IMG/VR virus record: IMGVR_UViG_3300017963_007659 | Coordinates: 96,001-160,000 of that record | DNA: 64,000 bases | Source of the DNA: a virus | Strand: one strand, 5' to 3' | In this document: one piece after another, positions 1-8,946 of the stretch | Numbering within the stretch: the stretch's first letter is position 1 | Layout of the letters: the number at the start of each line of letters is the position of its first letter | The notes under the pieces: generated by a model | Told to the model about the DNA's origin: nothing | Databases searched by the model: none | The model's input: only the letters and a program-made list of their open reading frames with translations | Made by a program: the position numbers and the translations under genes

Positions 1-1159
1 GCTGCTTCACCGTAGACCAGGGATTCTCGTAGTCGTACTTTTCTCCAAGGATCTTGAGATCATGGAGAAGACCGATCGGAGCGTCGAATCCGCTGAGCCC
101 CTCTTCAACCAGCTCCATCTGAAGCTCTTCAATCTTCTTGAAGTCAGGATCATGCGGGAGCTTCGAGTTGGCTTCGGCGACGATGATCTCCTTGTCCTTC
201 TTCTTGGCCCACTCCACCAGCTCTTCGTACTTCATCGCGCCACGGAGGATGCTCAGCAACCACTCTGCTTCAGGACGCTTGACGATGACCCCTTTGCCTT
301 CCAGAATCTCGATCCCCATATTCATGAGACGACAGAGGTGGAGTGCATTCTTCGTGTCATAGCCGAACTTCGCTTCCAGCTTGGCGCGCTCCGGATGTCG
401 ATTCTTCTTCCACTCCTGGTAGCCCTGCCACTGCTTCATGGCATTCTTGTAGCGCCTCTCAGCCATGACAGCCTGGATCATCTCCTCGGAGACAGCAGTT
501 AGGTCTTTGAGGACAGGAGCACAGTTCTCCGGAAGCTGAGCGCTCTGGACCATCCCCGTCCAGTCAATCCCATCCAGCTCATCCTTGGTAGACTGCGAGA
601 GCTTGGAACCTGCTGCGGTCTGCTCTAGGAGCTGCGTCACAAGCCACATGTACGCGTTCATCTCATCAGCCCCAATCACGGAGCGGTGCTCCGGGAGACC
701 AAAAGCTGACCGCTGCGGAGGAGCCTTCGGCGGATTCAAGAGATACTTGCGGTGCCGTTCGATCAGCTTGAGCTGTGCGAATGCGTACCCCGAGAAGGAA
801 TGCCGAGCCTTCAACGTCAAGAAGAGATCGATCTTGCTCCGAATCCTCTCCATGAGGTCATCCATGTAGAGGATGTTCCCATCGTCGATGGCGAACAGCT
901 CAATGATGTTCGGGTTGCAGGTGGCAGCCAGATTCAAGAACTTGATCACGCCATAAACGACGATATCGTTGACCTTCTTGGCTTCTTTCTTTGGTTCGTA
1001 CTGCTGGAAGCGTTGGTTCCCGTACACGTTCTCACGGTCGAGAAGGCAGATCCCACGAAGGTCGATGTCACTCACGGGAGTAGAGGTGCCGTAGGCGTGC
1101 GACCCAGCACGGACCATGTAGATGAGCTTTCGTTCCCAGACTGGATATTTTCGAGGCAT
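1..1159 (-). CDS. DNA polymerase beta-superfamily nucleotidyltransferase (phage NrdC.11/RlaP-like), 3' end runs off the window
   Basis: Not in the ORF track. Hand translation from ATG 1159: MPRKYPVWERKLIYMVRAGSHAYGTSTPVSDIDLRG (GS-x-AYG...SD-x-D-x-RG motif), later GYDTKNALHLCRL. Confidence 0.85.
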   Translation of the reverse strand, partial: MPRKYPVWERKLIYMVRAGSHAYGTSTPVSDIDLRGICLLDRENVYGNQRFQQYEPKKEAKKVNDIVVYGVIKFLNLAATCNPNIIELFAIDDGNILYMDDLMERIRSKIDLFLTLKARHSFSGYAFAQLKLIERHRKYLLNPPKAPPQRSAFGLPEHRSVIGADEMNAYMWLVTQLLEQTAAGSKLSQSTKDELDGIDWTGMVQSAQLPENCAPVLKDLTAVSEEMIQAVMAERRYKNAMKQWQGYQEWKKNRHPERAKLEAKFGYDTKNALHLCRLMNMGIEILEGKGVIVKRPEAEWLLSILRGAMKYEELVEWAKKKDKEIIVAEANSKLPHDPDFKKIEELQMELVEEGLSGFDAPIGLLHDLKILGEKYDYENPWSTVKQ

Positions 1160-1195
1160 GATCTACTTTGACTGAGTTTGTTGGAGGAGGAAAGA

Positions 1196-2173
1196 CTAGG
1201 CGGCTTTCTTGGACGCCTCGGACTTCTTGGCCTTCTTCGGCGCGGCTGCCTTGCGGAGGAAGTCCGCAGCCTTCTTCGCCTTGGAGGCAGCTCGGTTGAA
1301 GATGCGCTTGTCTTTGCTGACAGCCTCGAACCAATTCGCCAAATATTCTGGATGTTGGCACTGCCCGTCAATCTGGAAGTCCGCGCCAACGAACGCTGCG
1401 GTCAGCTCCGCAACCAATTCCTCTTCGGCGTAGGACTTCGAGCCAAAGACGTTGTTGAGCGGTCGGTTGAGGCGGCTCTTATGACCGGTAGCGTGGGCGA
1501 ATTCGTGAATCTGAGTCGCGTAGAAGTCTTCCGAGGACTTGAAGCGGTCAAGCTCGGGAACGCTGATGCGGTCAGTCATGCTGCTGTAGCAAGCGCGGTC
1601 TCCACCGAACTGGAGCTTGAAGCCGCAGCTCTTGTGGACCTTGGACAAGAAGGCTTCGATCTCGTCGTTACGCTCAAGCTGAGTCTTCGTCGCAGCCGGG
1701 AGCAATTTCGTGTACTTCTTGGGGTCGATGGTGGTCTGCTCGACGTTGTAGACGAACTGAACGCCGCGCATCCAGGAAGTGACCGTCTCTTCGTCGCCGT
1801 TATCGTCGAGGACAGGGTTGCCGTCGGAGTCGAGCTTGGTGCGCTCGTTGGGACGGAACCATATGACTGCCCAAGAGTTGTTGTACTCGTCTTCCTGAAC
1901 AACTTCACCGTTGCGCGTCTTGCGACCCTTGACGTGTCCCCCGAGAGCCGTTGCCTGCTTCGCTGTGACCCAGAGAGGCGTATTGTAGCCGAGAGAAGAC
2001 ATGACGGCGCTGAGATACACAGCGTTTCCACCGTTGTATCCACGACCAGTACCTGCGTTCCGCTGATTACCCAACGTTTGCCAGGGCTTGACCCAAGGAG
2101 CAACGCCCTTTTCGAGCTGCTCAAGAATCATCTCAATCTGTTCCGCTTGGGCGTCTCTGCTGCGCTTTTTCAT
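1196..2173 (-). CDS. ardC: ArdC-like anti-restriction ssDNA-binding protein with zincin-like C-terminal domain
   Basis: PWVKPW, GRGYNGGN, W-x-T-x-KQA, FYATQIHEFAHATGHKSRLNR, YAEEELVAEL; start set at MKKRS after GGAGG. Confidence 0.9.
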   Translation of the reverse strand: MKKRSRDAQAEQIEMILEQLEKGVAPWVKPWQTLGNQRNAGTGRGYNGGNAVYLSAVMSSLGYNTPLWVTAKQATALGGHVKGRKTRNGEVVQEDEYNNSWAVIWFRPNERTKLDSDGNPVLDDNGDEETVTSWMRGVQFVYNVEQTTIDPKKYTKLLPAATKTQLERNDEIEAFLSKVHKSCGFKLQFGGDRACYSSMTDRISVPELDRFKSSEDFYATQIHEFAHATGHKSRLNRPLNNVFGSKSYAEEELVAELTAAFVGADFQIDGQCQHPEYLANWFEAVSKDKRIFNRAASKAKKAADFLRKAAAPKKAKKSEASKKAA

Positions 2174-2181
2174 TCTGTCCT

Positions 2182-2226
2182 CCAACCAACTAGAAACACC
2201 CTACAAGAATCCCTTGTTCCTGTCAA
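2182..2226 (-). promoter_or_regulatory. Early sigma70-type promoter + RBS cassette (ardC)
   Basis: Minus strand TTGACA-17 nt-TAGGGT then TAGTTGGTTGGAGG. Confidence 0.85.
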
Positions 2227-2305
2227 CACATTTCTTGAAGGTCAGATCTCTTTTCATACTTGAAGGTATCTACCTTCTTAATAGGGGCTGCGGTGGCGAT
2301 TCTGG

Positions 2306-2352
2306 TTGACGGAGCCGCTCCATTCTGGTAGGGTGTTTCTATCAGTTGGAGG
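2306..2352 (+). promoter_or_regulatory. Early sigma70-type promoter + RBS cassette, divergent from ardC
   Basis: TTGACG-17 nt-TAGGGT then CAGTTGGAGG. Confidence 0.8.
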
Positions 2353-2357
2353 AAAGC

Positions 2358-2600
2358 ATGGCGAACTATCAGATTTGGATCGGCGCATCCCCATCAGGTC
2401 TTCCCTTGATCGGAGCTGTTGAAGGGGCGAACAACGCAGACGTCCGAGAGCAGGTCTACCCATCGCAGATGCGACATCGCTGCGTAGCGATGGATGGCGA
2501 CAAGATGGTTATCGTCACGCAGACCGAGGCTCGGGAAGGGAACATGGAGGTACTCTCCCACTTCCCCATCGCTGACGGGAGCATGTCTTCTCGACGGTAG
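2358..2600 (+). CDS. Hypothetical early protein
   Basis: ORF with GGAGG RBS directly behind the promoter cassette. Confidence 0.7.
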   Translation: MANYQIWIGASPSGLPLIGAVEGANNADVREQVYPSQMRHRCVAMDGDKMVIVTQTEAREGNMEVLSHFPIADGSMSSRR

Positions 2601-2616
2601 GGAGATAGCCAGGATT

Positions 2617-2643
2617 TGTCTACTCAGTAGCCCTGGGTAGACG
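2617..2643 (+). terminator. Stem-loop between cassettes, possible terminator
   Basis: GTCTACTCAG-TAGCC-CTGGGTAGAC inverted repeat followed by GATTCTTGTT. Confidence 0.4.
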
Positions 2644-2650
2644 ATTCTTG

Positions 2651-2699
2651 TTGACAGGGGTAGGGCATTCTGGTAGTGTGGTCTCAGTTGGTTGGAGGA
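2651..2699 (+). promoter_or_regulatory. Early sigma70-type promoter + RBS cassette
   Basis: TTGACA-17 nt-TAGTGT-GGTCTCAGTTGGTTGGAGG. Confidence 0.9.
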
Positions 2700-2703
2700 G
2701 AGA

Positions 2704-2928
2704 ATGGATAACGGAAGCATCACGACAACTTGCGGCGAGACCTTCTCATACAGAGATCACACTCGCCTAGCGAGATTGATTCACCTTCGCTTCGGAAAAG
2801 ACATTGAAGCCGGGGCAGCGGCTTGGAGGAGGCTGATGCAGAACAGCACGACAGATGATCAGTTCGAGATGCTGGTCAACATCGGCTATCTCCACGCTCT
2901 GGAAGACAAAGAAGGAGAGCCGTCATGA
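2704..2928 (+). CDS. Hypothetical early protein
   Basis: ORF behind the promoter cassette. Confidence 0.7.
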   Translation: MDNGSITTTCGETFSYRDHTRLARLIHLRFGKDIEAGAAAWRRLMQNSTTDDQFEMLVNIGYLHALEDKEGEPS

Positions 2929-3200
2929 CATCAATTTTTGACAAGCTGGACGAAGCCGCAGATAGCGCCAGGAGCCTCGGAGAATCCAACGAGAAGATGG
3001 CACGAGGCATTGAATACGCTAGCGATTGCGTGCGTTCCCGCTACAATGAGCTGTGCGCAGTGCTGAGAAAGGCGAAGAAGCGAGCAGAACGCGAACCTCT
3101 GGATGCTCAAGAGAGAGCCCAACAGACCGAAGACTACGGCGTTGTTCTCGGTCTCGAAATGGCTCTCAAGATCTTCGAGGAAGGGGAGAACCATGGATAA
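2925..3200 (+). CDS. Hypothetical protein
   Basis: ATGA overlap with the upstream gene, AGGAG RBS. Confidence 0.7.
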   Translation: MTSIFDKLDEAADSARSLGESNEKMARGIEYASDCVRSRYNELCAVLRKAKKRAEREPLDAQERAQQTEDYGVVLGLEMALKIFEEGENHG

Positions 3201-3399
3201 GACGCAGAAAGTTCAAGACCTTCTCCGTATGGCCAAGAGCACGAGCGGAAACGTGCACGAAGCTCACCTCGCTGCCAAGCGCGCCGTCGAGATTGCCCGT
3301 GAAAACGACCTCGGAGGTCATCTCGTAGCACGTTGCCTCGTTCTCCAAGGCAAGACCCAGCGGCGGCTGGACCGCAGCCAACTCCCCTCCTACGCCTGA
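3193..3399 (+). CDS. Small DUF2786-like protein
   Basis: QKVQDLLRMAKSTSGNVHEAHLAAKRA resembles the DUF2786 helical motif. Confidence 0.55.
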   Translation: MDKTQKVQDLLRMAKSTSGNVHEAHLAAKRAVEIARENDLGGHLVARCLVLQGKTQRRLDRSQLPSYA

Positions 3400-3623
3400 C
3401 GCTCTAGACGGACATCATCTTCGTCCAACAGTCCACTATACAAGACATACGGACGCCCTCTACAAGAAGCCATATCTCCCGTCAACGGGAGATGGCTCCA
3501 GGACCCTTTTCCTGTAGCAGCTTCAACCTCAGTCTCTGGAAGAAGCTCTTCCCCACATTCCGGACAGTAGGCTCTATACTCCGGAGTCACTACTGGTCGG
3601 AATCCTACGGCGAAGTGGCTCAT
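3390..3623 (-). CDS. Possible small Zn-ribbon protein
   Basis: YCPECGEEL motif; start uncertain. Confidence 0.4.
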   Translation of the reverse strand: MSHFAVGFRPVVTPEYRAYCPECGEELLPETEVEAATGKGSWSHLPLTGDMASCRGRPYVLYSGLLDEDDVRLERQA

Positions 3624-3675
3624 ACCAAACTTTGACCAGTTCGTCCGGAAGTTATCTATCTTTGAGGAGATCTCC

Positions 3676-4293
3676 ATGAAGCACCTTCCCGCTGTTCTCT
3701 CCAAGCTTGTCCTTGAAGGACACAGCGACCTCGCCACAGAGCTTCTCTCCTCATCCTCCTGTCCTCTCCGCACCAAAGCCTATGGAGGTCTCCCCTCGTC
3801 TGGAGGCTACGTAGCATGGACGGAGTACGAGATCGGGGCGCAGCGCATCGCTGAAGCCTCACACTGCATCCTCGGCTCCATGGGAGGGGACCACTGGTTT
3901 GAACCTGGTCATATCCGGGATGAGTTGGACCTGATTGAGAGGACCGTCGAAGAATACTCCAAGCGTCTCTACTCAGATCGCCTGCTCAACTACAACGATG
4001 ACGACATCGAATTCGTCGAAGGCTCCGTCAAGAGCATCGGTAAAGCCTCTCCCAAGCTCAGAGCACGAGCACAGAAGCTCAAAGCGGAGGTAGAGAGACA
4101 GGAAGACATCCCACAGAAGGTCAAGACAACAGCGCTCTTGACCTACGATGTCGTCATTGAACTCACGAACGCTATGGAGCACAGTGTACGGAGTTGGCCG
4201 AAGAAGATGGAGAACGCCTTCCAGAATCGCAAACTACGGCAATCAATACGGAACCTTAGACATGCTGTCGATGCTATGGTTCGAGACTCCTAG
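3676..4293 (+). CDS. Hypothetical protein, possibly virion-internal
   Basis: GAGGAG RBS; N-terminal LSKLVLEGHSDLATELL motif shared with structural-region proteins. Confidence 0.7.
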   Translation: MKHLPAVLSKLVLEGHSDLATELLSSSSCPLRTKAYGGLPSSGGYVAWTEYEIGAQRIAEASHCILGSMGGDHWFEPGHIRDELDLIERTVEEYSKRLYSDRLLNYNDDDIEFVEGSVKSIGKASPKLRARAQKLKAEVERQEDIPQKVKTTALLTYDVVIELTNAMEHSVRSWPKKMENAFQNRKLRQSIRNLRHAVDAMVRDS

Positions 4294-4748
4294 TCGTCAC
4301 TCTCTGTATCATCCGAAGCGGGGAAGTGCTTCTGGATGAAGTCCTCCGAGTAGCCGTCTTTCCTCAGATCAGCGACAACCGCTTCATGCTCCCGGAATCT
4401 ATCTCCGTTGTTGTCCACTCCCGTCTGAATTCCACTGTAGGTAGTATAGATACAGGAGATGGGCAAGCCTCCGCCATCGACAGTGAGGAAAGGGTCGATC
4501 AGGATAGCTGCATCGGGGCAGCAGCCACAGGACCGACGTCGAGATACTTGAAGACCCGGATGAGAGGTGATCTCCTTCGTGTAGAAGCGCTCATTCTTCC
4601 AGCGGTCTTCACCTCGCTGGAGGTTCGGATACGTCACAGCCAAGTCTCGTAGCTGCGCGAGCTTCAAGGTCGACTTCTCAATCGACGCCTCCAGGGAGAG
4701 GAGGTGCTTCTGGATCTCGCTCAGCTCTTCTTTCTGATCCTGTTTCAT
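4290..4748 (-). CDS. Hypothetical protein
   Basis: 152 aa ORF with coiled-coil N-terminus and SCGCCPD motif. Confidence 0.7.
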   Translation of the reverse strand: MKQDQKEELSEIQKHLLSLEASIEKSTLKLAQLRDLAVTYPNLQRGEDRWKNERFYTKEITSHPGLQVSRRRSCGCCPDAAILIDPFLTVDGGGLPISCIYTTYSGIQTGVDNNGDRFREHEAVVADLRKDGYSEDFIQKHFPASDDTESDD

Positions 4749-5005
4749 ACCACGTTCCGTTGCTTCGAGGGGCGACGTCGTATTCTCTGAGGGCCTTTAG
4801 GTCCACGGGGAACACGGGGAGCTTCCACCCGTCCCAAGAGGTCCGAAGCATTGACCCACAGCTCCTGCTCTCCTGGGATCTGAACGCTGTATCGTAGCTC
4901 TGTTCTCCCCTTCGAGTTGGGCTGTGCCTGTATGGCCAGCAGCACGCCTGTGCCCTTGTTCCGAACACGTACCATGTCTCCAAGCTGATAGTCTCGCACG
5001 GTCAA
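4745..5005 (-). CDS. Small KOW/SH3-like protein
   Basis: YQLGDMVRVRNKGTGV; GGAGG RBS and CAGTCAAAGTA motif upstream. Confidence 0.6.
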   Translation of the reverse strand: MTVRDYQLGDMVRVRNKGTGVLLAIQAQPNSKGRTELRYSVQIPGEQELWVNASDLLGRVEAPRVPRGPKGPQRIRRRPSKQRNVV

Positions 5006-5250
5006 ACCTCCATCTCTCTACTTTGACTGGATTTCTGGTCAAAGTACAATGCCACTTTTGTTATAGGAGACGGAGGGTGCCCCAAACTATAACAAATGTG
5101 GTAGGTTATTAAGGAAGTAGAAGGGAACCGGACGGATGAGACTCTCCACACGCACACAATCCAAACCAACCCCTGAACGCTCAGCAAGACAATTAGCTGA
5201 ACGCTCAGCCGTTGGACCCGTTGGATTGTCGTTTGTGTTGGAGAGACCCC

Positions 5251-5661
5251 ATGTGCCGTATCGAAAGACTCGCCGAAATCGCCCACCGGGCAGCCATCCA
5301 GGATACTGACGAGGGCTGCTCTTTCCTCCTTGGAGCTGTCGTAGCCAAGGGCAGCCGCATCCTCGCAACCGGAGCTTGCTCCACGAAGACGGACCCCAAG
5401 AATCCGAAACTGCAAGCGAAGACGGAACGTTGGCAGATCTGCGCGGAGGTGCGCGCGTGCCTCAATGCTCTCAGGGGAACCGCATCCTTGAAGGGCTGCA
5501 CCGTCTACGTCGTGCGTGTTACGAAGACAGGTAGTCAATACATGATGGCACGCCCCTGTGAGCACTGCCAACGATTCTTGAAAGAGAGGCGGGTAAAGCG
5601 GGTCTATTACAGCAACCAACACGGAGAAATAATAAAAATGGATCTTTTTCTTGACCCGTAA
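5251..5661 (+). CDS. Zn-dependent cytidine/dCMP deaminase-family protein
   Basis: LGAVVAKG, ICAEVRAC, TVYVVRV, ARPCEHCQRFL, RVYYS. Confidence 0.85.
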   Translation: MCRIERLAEIAHRAAIQDTDEGCSFLLGAVVAKGSRILATGACSTKTDPKNPKLQAKTERWQICAEVRACLNALRGTASLKGCTVYVVRVTKTGSQYMMARPCEHCQRFLKERRVKRVYYSNQHGEIIKMDLFLDP

Positions 5662-5825
5662 GTCTTCAAGAAGCTTGAGCTATCCAACTCTGACGACTGC
5701 TTGGTGGTCTTAGAGGGGGTTCCGCTACCCGTCTTGAAGTCGCATGTTATTAATTAGCTAGTACATTTCACTTTTAACAAAGAAAAGGGGCCAGCCATTT
5801 TTATTCATGACCAGCCCCTTGTTAG

Positions 5826-7619
5826 ATGCGCAAGGTTACAGCCCTTCGCACCCTGAACAGGAAAGCAACCTTGACAAACTCTCCCGTCCCTTCTGTGGAT
5901 AATATAACCACGAAAACGAAGCTCAACAGCTCAGAACAGAGCACTCTCATACGAGAGATGGAGCAATGGTTCGATGTCGGAGCGGCGATTCTAGGTGTCC
6001 GAAGGACCAAAGTCCCATGCAAGGGTATCCCTTGGCGCAACCGCTCAGACGGTATTGGCTACACAGAGGAGGAGCTGTTCACTCGTATCCTCCACAACGA
6101 TGCTTCCGGCATAGCCCTCATCTGCGGTCCGACGTCAGGAATCGTAGGGATTGGCTGCGACACCATGGAAGGCGGGGAGCTGCTCCGGTCAGTCCTCCGT
6201 AACGGAGGTATCAACGCCATATCCTACAAGAGTGGGAAGGGTATACACTTCCTCTTCAAGAATACCTCCAGCCTCCCTCACACGTGCGCGAAGATCCTTC
6301 CCACCTACGGAGAGGTCGACATCCGAAGCGCTGACAGAGGCTACCTCATCCTGCCAGGATCGCTTCATCCATCAGGAGCCCTCTACGAATGGCTTGACCC
6401 CCCTCGCTTCAATCACGAAGGCAAGCTCTACCTTCCGGATGTCCCTTCTTGGCTGCTGACAGAGATCTACAACGGGAAGCACAAGAAGAAGATCTACAAG
6501 AATGAGGATGGTGACTACGATGGAGATCACCACTGGTGTAAGGAACACGAATGCAACGACCATCCCTCACTAGACCCAACAGAAGCTCTTCCACCCAGAA
6601 TCCGCAAAGGCTTCTTCATGAAGCTCTTCCGCTTCACCCTACCGAAGCAGCGCTGGGAGAAGTTCACGAAGCACCCCGCAGCCGTCGACTGGATCATCCC
6701 AGGAGAGCCAATACGAGAAGGCGAGCGCTACTACGCTGAGCGCGCTATCGGAGGTCTCGTCGCGACTTGCTACGCCAACACGACCGTCGCCATCCGTCTC
6801 CTGGAGACCTTCCGCTACGTCTACATCCCTACAAGAAGAGACCGCGAAGAGGAGATGGAGATCAACCGCTACGTCGAGAGACTTTGCCGTGAAGCTCAAG
6901 ACTCCCAATCCAATCGTGACTACAAGCATGAACCGCCCGACCCCAAGAAAGACCCCGAAGGATACGACCGATTCTGGTATAATGTTGACCGACGCAACGG
7001 TTATCTGGAGTCACTTGTCGTTGAATTCCATGAGAAGAAGATATGCCACAAACTGTATGGAGAAGCCCTTTCTGCTGAGGATTATGTACGTTTTTTGTTG
7101 TTGACTTTTAGATCCCGCCTCATTTATGTGAGTGTTTGGGGTAATAGCAAGCTCCGTACCATCTATGACTCTCTTCTTCTTCAAGAAGGTACTTCCTCTT
7201 CCTACTACACTCCATCTTCTCCCTCAGCTTCTTCTAACCGTGAGTATGCTACCTACAAGAAACATCAAGAACTCTTTGGTAGTGGTGCCTATGAGAAGCC
7301 TACGGCGAGTATAAGGGACCTTGCTTTGAGGACTACAAGTAAGAAGAAGTCGAGGAGAGAGAAGATACTAGCTAGGCAAGCTACGGAGCTACATAAGGCG
7401 CAGCGTGAGAGGAAGCGAAGATCCACACGACCTCCGAAGTTCCATAGCTCTCCTCCTGGGATGCATCTAGATCCTGGTAGCGTAGAGAAAGCTAGTAAAA
7501 GACACTTAGACATGATTCTTGTAGGGCAAGGTGAACTCACTTCATCTGGAGAGGGAAATGTCGTTGGACAAAGTCAAGTGACTTTATTGGGAGCTGAGAG
7601 CAAAGTCACAGGACTTTGA
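5826..7619 (+). CDS. Prim-Pol (bifunctional primase/polymerase N-terminal) domain protein with long C-terminal extension
   Basis: ALICGPTSGIV, KSGKGIHFLFK, VDIRSADRGYLILPGSLHPSGALYEW. Confidence 0.75.
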   Translation: MRKVTALRTLNRKATLTNSPVPSVDNITTKTKLNSSEQSTLIREMEQWFDVGAAILGVRRTKVPCKGIPWRNRSDGIGYTEEELFTRILHNDASGIALICGPTSGIVGIGCDTMEGGELLRSVLRNGGINAISYKSGKGIHFLFKNTSSLPHTCAKILPTYGEVDIRSADRGYLILPGSLHPSGALYEWLDPPRFNHEGKLYLPDVPSWLLTEIYNGKHKKKIYKNEDGDYDGDHHWCKEHECNDHPSLDPTEALPPRIRKGFFMKLFRFTLPKQRWEKFTKHPAAVDWIIPGEPIREGERYYAERAIGGLVATCYANTTVAIRLLETFRYVYIPTRRDREEEMEINRYVERLCREAQDSQSNRDYKHEPPDPKKDPEGYDRFWYNVDRRNGYLESLVVEFHEKKICHKLYGEALSAEDYVRFLLLTFRSRLIYVSVWGNSKLRTIYDSLLLQEGTSSSYYTPSSPSASSNREYATYKKHQELFGSGAYEKPTASIRDLALRTTSKKKSRREKILARQATELHKAQRERKRRSTRPPKFHSSPPGMHLDPGSVEKASKRHLDMILVGQGELTSSGEGNVVGQSQVTLLGAESKVTGL

Positions 7620-7649
7620 AAGTCAACTGACTACGGTACTTGTAGTCAG
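7570..7649. repeat. Cluster of AAAGTCA repeats and three short inverted repeats
   Basis: AAAGTCA at 7570, 7602 and 7619; hairpins AAAGTCA/TGACTTT, CAAAGTC/GACTTTG, CTGACTAC/GTAGTCAG. Confidence 0.7.
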
Positions 7650-7669
7650 CTGGCTATGTGAGGATGTAG

Positions 7670-7915
7670 ATGGACCTGGAGATTCTTGTAGTAGGTGGCT
7701 GTGCTTCTGTCCTGGCTATCACGGTCATGATGGTGGTGGTATTGATTCTTGTAGGGCTGTGTCTTCGCACGCTGCGGGAGATCCTGAAGCTGAACGAGCA
7801 GCACTATGGGACGGTGACGCAGTACGAAGACTTGAAGCTGAAGGAGTTCGGCAGCTTCAAGAAAGAGACACTAAACGAGCTAAGCAACATAGACTTCCAC
7901 GTCCGGACGAAGTAG
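7670..7915 (+). CDS. Small membrane protein
   Basis: N-terminal hydrophobic stretch. Confidence 0.6.
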   Translation: MDLEILVVGGCASVLAITVMMVVVLILVGLCLRTLREILKLNEQHYGTVTQYEDLKLKEFGSFKKETLNELSNIDFHVRTK

Positions 7916-7935
7916 GAGATTCTTGTAGCGGCTGA

Positions 7936-8220
7936 TTACTTCCAGAGTACAGCCATTAGTGTGTTGCCCTTGTGCTGCTCGATACAGAATATAGGCTTGC
8001 AATCACAGGTCTCACACCAGAAGTGTACCAGGATGCCGTTTCGACGCTCACTTGGGTTGTTCCGGATATCCCCGTTCTGAGTGACCTCTGTCTCCTCACC
8101 ATCTTCAGTGGTTACGATGACGTGAACACCTTCTGTGGAGTCTTCGATCGTTCGGTTGAAGACCTCGACTTTGAAGTGGTGGAGATAGTCCCCCTCGCAT
8201 TCTGGGCATTGTAGAAGCAT
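7936..8220 (-). CDS. Zn-finger hypothetical protein
   Basis: CPECEG...WCETC; AAGGAG RBS and TAGTCAAAGTA motif upstream. Confidence 0.7.
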   Translation of the reverse strand: MLLQCPECEGDYLHHFKVEVFNRTIEDSTEGVHVIVTTEDGEETEVTQNGDIRNNPSERRNGILVHFWCETCDCKPIFCIEQHKGNTLMAVLWK

Positions 8221-8296
8221 CAGTTTCTCCTTCAAGTTTGATTTCTTCAGCTATACTACTTTGACTAAGTTTTCTTGTAGTTAGAGATAACCTCTA

Positions 8297-8569
8297 CTAT
8301 CCGAATCGCAGCGTCTTCGTCGTGTGGTCGAGGACTACACGTCCACCCCATGAGTCCATGTCTTCAAGAGTCGGCTTCGGTGGCACCCGTCGATTCCCCG
8401 CGTTTCTTGGGTCCATCCTGTACGCATCGGAGAACAGGGAGCATACGAGCCCTCCGATATACTCACCTCTGGTGACGGACTTGCTGATCTTCTCACTCAT
8501 TCTTGTAGTAGCCTTTTCAACCTCTGCCTTGCTTCGTTTCATCCTGTCCTCCTGCCTCCCTAATCGCAT
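8297..8569 (-). CDS. Hypothetical protein
   Basis: ORF only. Confidence 0.45.
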   Translation of the reverse strand: MRLGRQEDRMKRSKAEVEKATTRMSEKISKSVTRGEYIGGLVCSLFSDAYRMDPRNAGNRRVPPKPTLEDMDSWGGRVVLDHTTKTLRFG

Positions 8570-8699
8570 GACGCACGGAAAAGCGGAAATGTGACAAGAA
8601 AAATTCTTGCCCCACTCTCTACCACGGATCTCTTGAGCGAAGTGTGCGCGAGAAAAGTCAACGAAAGTTAGTCAAGGTAGGGTAAGGAGATCTGAGCCT

Positions 8700-8930
8700 A
8701 TGTCTTTGGATAAGTTCCCCTGCCGTCTGACCAAGTATGGGTTCCGTTGGGGACCTGTAGAGATCGAACGGAGGTACTCCCATCCGAACAAGGGAGCGAA
8801 GAGGGCTGTGTGGATACGCTTGAAGACGGCTCGTCAGGAGCTGACTGTGCACATCACTCCTACTGGTTTCATTCGGATTGGCGATGGGCCTCAGAAGATC
8901 GTCAAGCCCAAGGCTGTACCGAAGAAGTAG
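8700..8930 (+). CDS. Hypothetical protein
   Basis: TAAGGAG RBS, TAGTCAAGGTA motif upstream. Confidence 0.7.
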   Translation: MSLDKFPCRLTKYGFRWGPVEIERRYSHPNKGAKRAVWIRLKTARQELTVHITPTGFIRIGDGPQKIVKPKAVPKK

Positions 8931-8946
8931 AGAAGAGGTTGGTACG

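Noticed and set aside
1178-2263. Long antisense ORFs (also 20434-21690, 57947-58918, 19613-20446, 14770-15459 and many others in the track)
   Set aside because: They are shadows of real genes. Scarcity of TTA/CTA/TCA codons leaves the opposite strand open, and they have no RBS or motifs.
3390-3776. 128-aa minus ORF as listed
   Set aside because: Its 5' part overlaps head-to-head with the better-supported gene at 3676. Only a shorter version from 3623 is plausible.
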